A stretch of 64,000 nucleotides of DNA from an uncultured delta proteobacterium (GTDB lineage Bacteria > Desulfobacterota > RBG-13-43-22), in assembly GCA_963790475.1 (NCBI GenBank), contig CAWBOS010000012.1:896001-960000 (forward strand), in the 5' to 3' direction. The position numbers and the translations under genes are program-made. Of the stretch, positions 62,140-64,000 are shown one piece after another. The notes under the pieces are model-generated. The model did no database searches, was not told where the DNA came from, and was given only the letters and a program-made list of their open reading frames with translations. Every line of letters starts with the position of its first letter. Position 1 is the first letter of the stretch.

Positions 62140-63042
62140 ATGTCTGAAAAAATAGATGAACCAATCGAACCCCGGCGGATTTCCCGGATCGGGGCCAAGG
62201 CCATCATAAGAGGGATATTCAAACATAACCTTTCCCGGGCCGGGATAGTCATCATATTATTACTGATTTCTATGGCCATTTTTGCCCCTCTGCTGGCCCC
62301 TTACAATCCGAACACCCAGGACCTCTATCAAGTATTGACCGGTCCATCTGCCGCCCACTGGTTGGGGACCGATAATGTCGGCCGTGATCTTCTTTCCCGC
62401 ATTATTTACGGTTCTCGTGTTTCCATTACCGTAGGGGTTTTATCCACTTTTTTCTCGGCCTTCGTCGGGGTAGTCATCGGCCTGTTGGCCGGCTACCGGG
62501 GCGGGATCGTGGACATGATCGTCATGCGTATTGTCGATACCTTTATGTGCATTCCCTGGTTGCCCTTCGTCCTGGTTTTGGCCGCGGCCCTCGGACCGGG
62601 CTTGCAAAATATCGTGATCGCCCTCTCCTTTCTCGGTTGGACGGGTTTTTGCCGAATCATGCGCGGGCAGGTCCTCATGGTCCGGGAGCTGCCCTATGTG
62701 GAGGCCGCCAAGGCCGCCGGGGCCTCAAGCTTTCGGATCATGTTTAAACACCTTTTTCCGAACTGTCTGGCCCCCATTATCGTCGCCGTTACCATTACCC
62801 TGGGGGCTTTTATCATGGTTGAGAGCGCCATGGCCTTTTTCGGCCTGGGGGTTCAACCTCCCACAGCGAGTTGGGGGAAGGAGCTGAGGACCGGATATGC
62901 CTACTTGGAAACGGTCCCCTTCTTTTCCATTGCGCCCGGGATAATGATCACCCTGGCGGTTTTGGCATTCAACTTCCTCGGCGATGGTCTGAGGGATTCC
63001 CTTGATCCGCGTCTGCGCGGGGAAGGGAAAAAAATAAAATAA
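62140..63042 (+). CDS. dppC: Peptide/nickel ABC permease (DppC/OppC)
   Basis: HWLGTDNVGRD, YVEAA..AGA, PPTASWG, FNFLGDGLRD. Confidence 0.9.
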   Translation: MSEKIDEPIEPRRISRIGAKAIIRGIFKHNLSRAGIVIILLLISMAIFAPLLAPYNPNTQDLYQVLTGPSAAHWLGTDNVGRDLLSRIIYGSRVSITVGVLSTFFSAFVGVVIGLLAGYRGGIVDMIVMRIVDTFMCIPWLPFVLVLAAALGPGLQNIVIALSFLGWTGFCRIMRGQVLMVRELPYVEAAKAAGASSFRIMFKHLFPNCLAPIIVAVTITLGAFIMVESAMAFFGLGVQPPTASWGKELRTGYAYLETVPFFSIAPGIMITLAVLAFNFLGDGLRDSLDPRLRGEGKKIK

Positions 63043-63050
63043 GACAAAAA

Positions 63051-63089
63051 AGGGTTCAAGGTTCAAGGTCCAAGGTTCACGGTTAAGGA
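63051..63089. repeat. Heptamer tandem repeat (GGTTCAA-like)
   Basis: gggttcaaggttcaaggtccaaggttcacggttaagg. Confidence 0.6.
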
Positions 63090-63154
63090 TTTTAGATTTG
63101 TGAAAAACCTTATACCGTATACCTTAGACCTCAAACCGGTAATTAGAGGCAATA

Positions 63155-64000
63155 ATGGCACCATTACTGGAAATTAAAAATCTGAGCACCCATTTTTTTA
63201 CCGATGACGGTTTGATCAAGGCCGTGGACCGGATTTCCTACGATATCCACGAGGGGGAGACCATCGGTTTGGTGGGGGAGAGCGGCTGCGGCAAGAGCGT
63301 CAGCGCCCTTTCGCTTCTCCGTCTGATCCCGAATCCTCCCGGAAAAATCGTAGAAGGTGAAATCCTTTTCCAGGGGCAGGACCTCCTCAAACTGACAGAA
63401 GATGAAATGTGCGAAATCCGCGGCAACAAGATGGCCATGATCTTTCAGGAACCCATGAATACCCTCAACCCGGTGAAGACCATCGGCTGGCAAATTTCAG
63501 AGCCCATGGAAATCCATCTGGGTATGAGCCGCGAAGAGGGTTTGAAAAAGTGCGTTCAGCTATTGACCGATGTCAAAATTCCGGAACCGGCGGCCCGGGT
63601 CAACGCTTATCCCCATCTTTTCAGCGGCGGGATGAGACAACGAACCGTGATCGCTATGGGATTGGGGTGCAATCCCAAGTTGATCATTGCCGATGAGCCG
63701 ACCACAGCCCTGGACGTAACTACCCAGGCCCAACTTCTCGAACTCATGAAAAACCTGACCCGAAATTACGGTACCGCCCTGCTCATCATCACTCATAATC
63801 TTGGGGTCGTGGCCCGCTATGCCGATCGGATTAACGTCATGTATGCCGGTCGTATTATTGAAAAAGGGACAGCTAGAGAAATTTTTAAGGACCCCCGTCA
63901 TCCCTACACCGAAGGACTGATGGCCTCCGTTCCCCGGTTGGATCTTGATATAAAGAAAAAACTGGTGCCCATCGAAGGTCAACCACCGGATTTTCTGCAT
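63155..64000 (+). CDS. dppD: Peptide ABC ATP-binding protein (DppD/OppD), 3'-partial; not in the supplied ORF track
   Basis: Manual translation: MAPLLEIKNL...GESGCGKS, IFQEPM, SGGMRQR, IADEPTTALD, ITHNLGVV, HPYT. Confidence 0.92.
   Translation, partial: MAPLLEIKNLSTHFFTDDGLIKAVDRISYDIHEGETIGLVGESGCGKSVSALSLLRLIPNPPGKIVEGEILFQGQDLLKLTEDEMCEIRGNKMAMIFQEPMNTLNPVKTIGWQISEPMEIHLGMSREEGLKKCVQLLTDVKIPEPAARVNAYPHLFSGGMRQRTVIAMGLGCNPKLIIADEPTTALDVTTQAQLLELMKNLTRNYGTALLIITHNLGVVARYADRINVMYAGRIIEKGTAREIFKDPRHPYTEGLMASVPRLDLDIKKKLVPIEGQPPDFLH

Noticed and set aside
1-64000. CRISPR or other regularly spaced guide arrays
   Set aside because: No series of three or more equal repeats with unique spacers was seen; the heptamer runs are simple repeats and there are no cas genes.

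Overview
Bacterial chromosome segment, probably from an anaerobic Desulfobacterota (deltaproteobacterial) organism; this is inferred from gene content and repeat types. The first ~30 kb is accessory and partly decaying. It holds acyl-CoA metabolism genes, a membrane class III adenylate cyclase and a defence-type island at ~7.7-19 kb (ORF6N remnant, truncated ImmA/IrrE protease, ORF6N gene, type III RM mod-yhcG-res, doxX). It also has ABC transporters and several frameshifted or chimeric pseudogenes. From tRNA-Ser(GGA) at 30.7 kb onward the region is mostly housekeeping (dnaX, gatB, mtnA, rfaE1, ugd, yicC, remA, gmk, pgeF, pyrK/pyrD, menA, tkt, dppBCD), with REP/MITE-like elements between genes. 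The most unusual signal is in the island. Perfect-armed DNA palindromes are written in-frame inside the ORF6N and YhcG genes, their arms covary between copies, and a free-standing copy of the YhcG site sits at the island edge. Two separate families of non-coding direct repeats bracket individual genes like cassettes. No integrase, CRISPR array or rRNA is visible. All assignments are from motif recognition by eye, not database searches.
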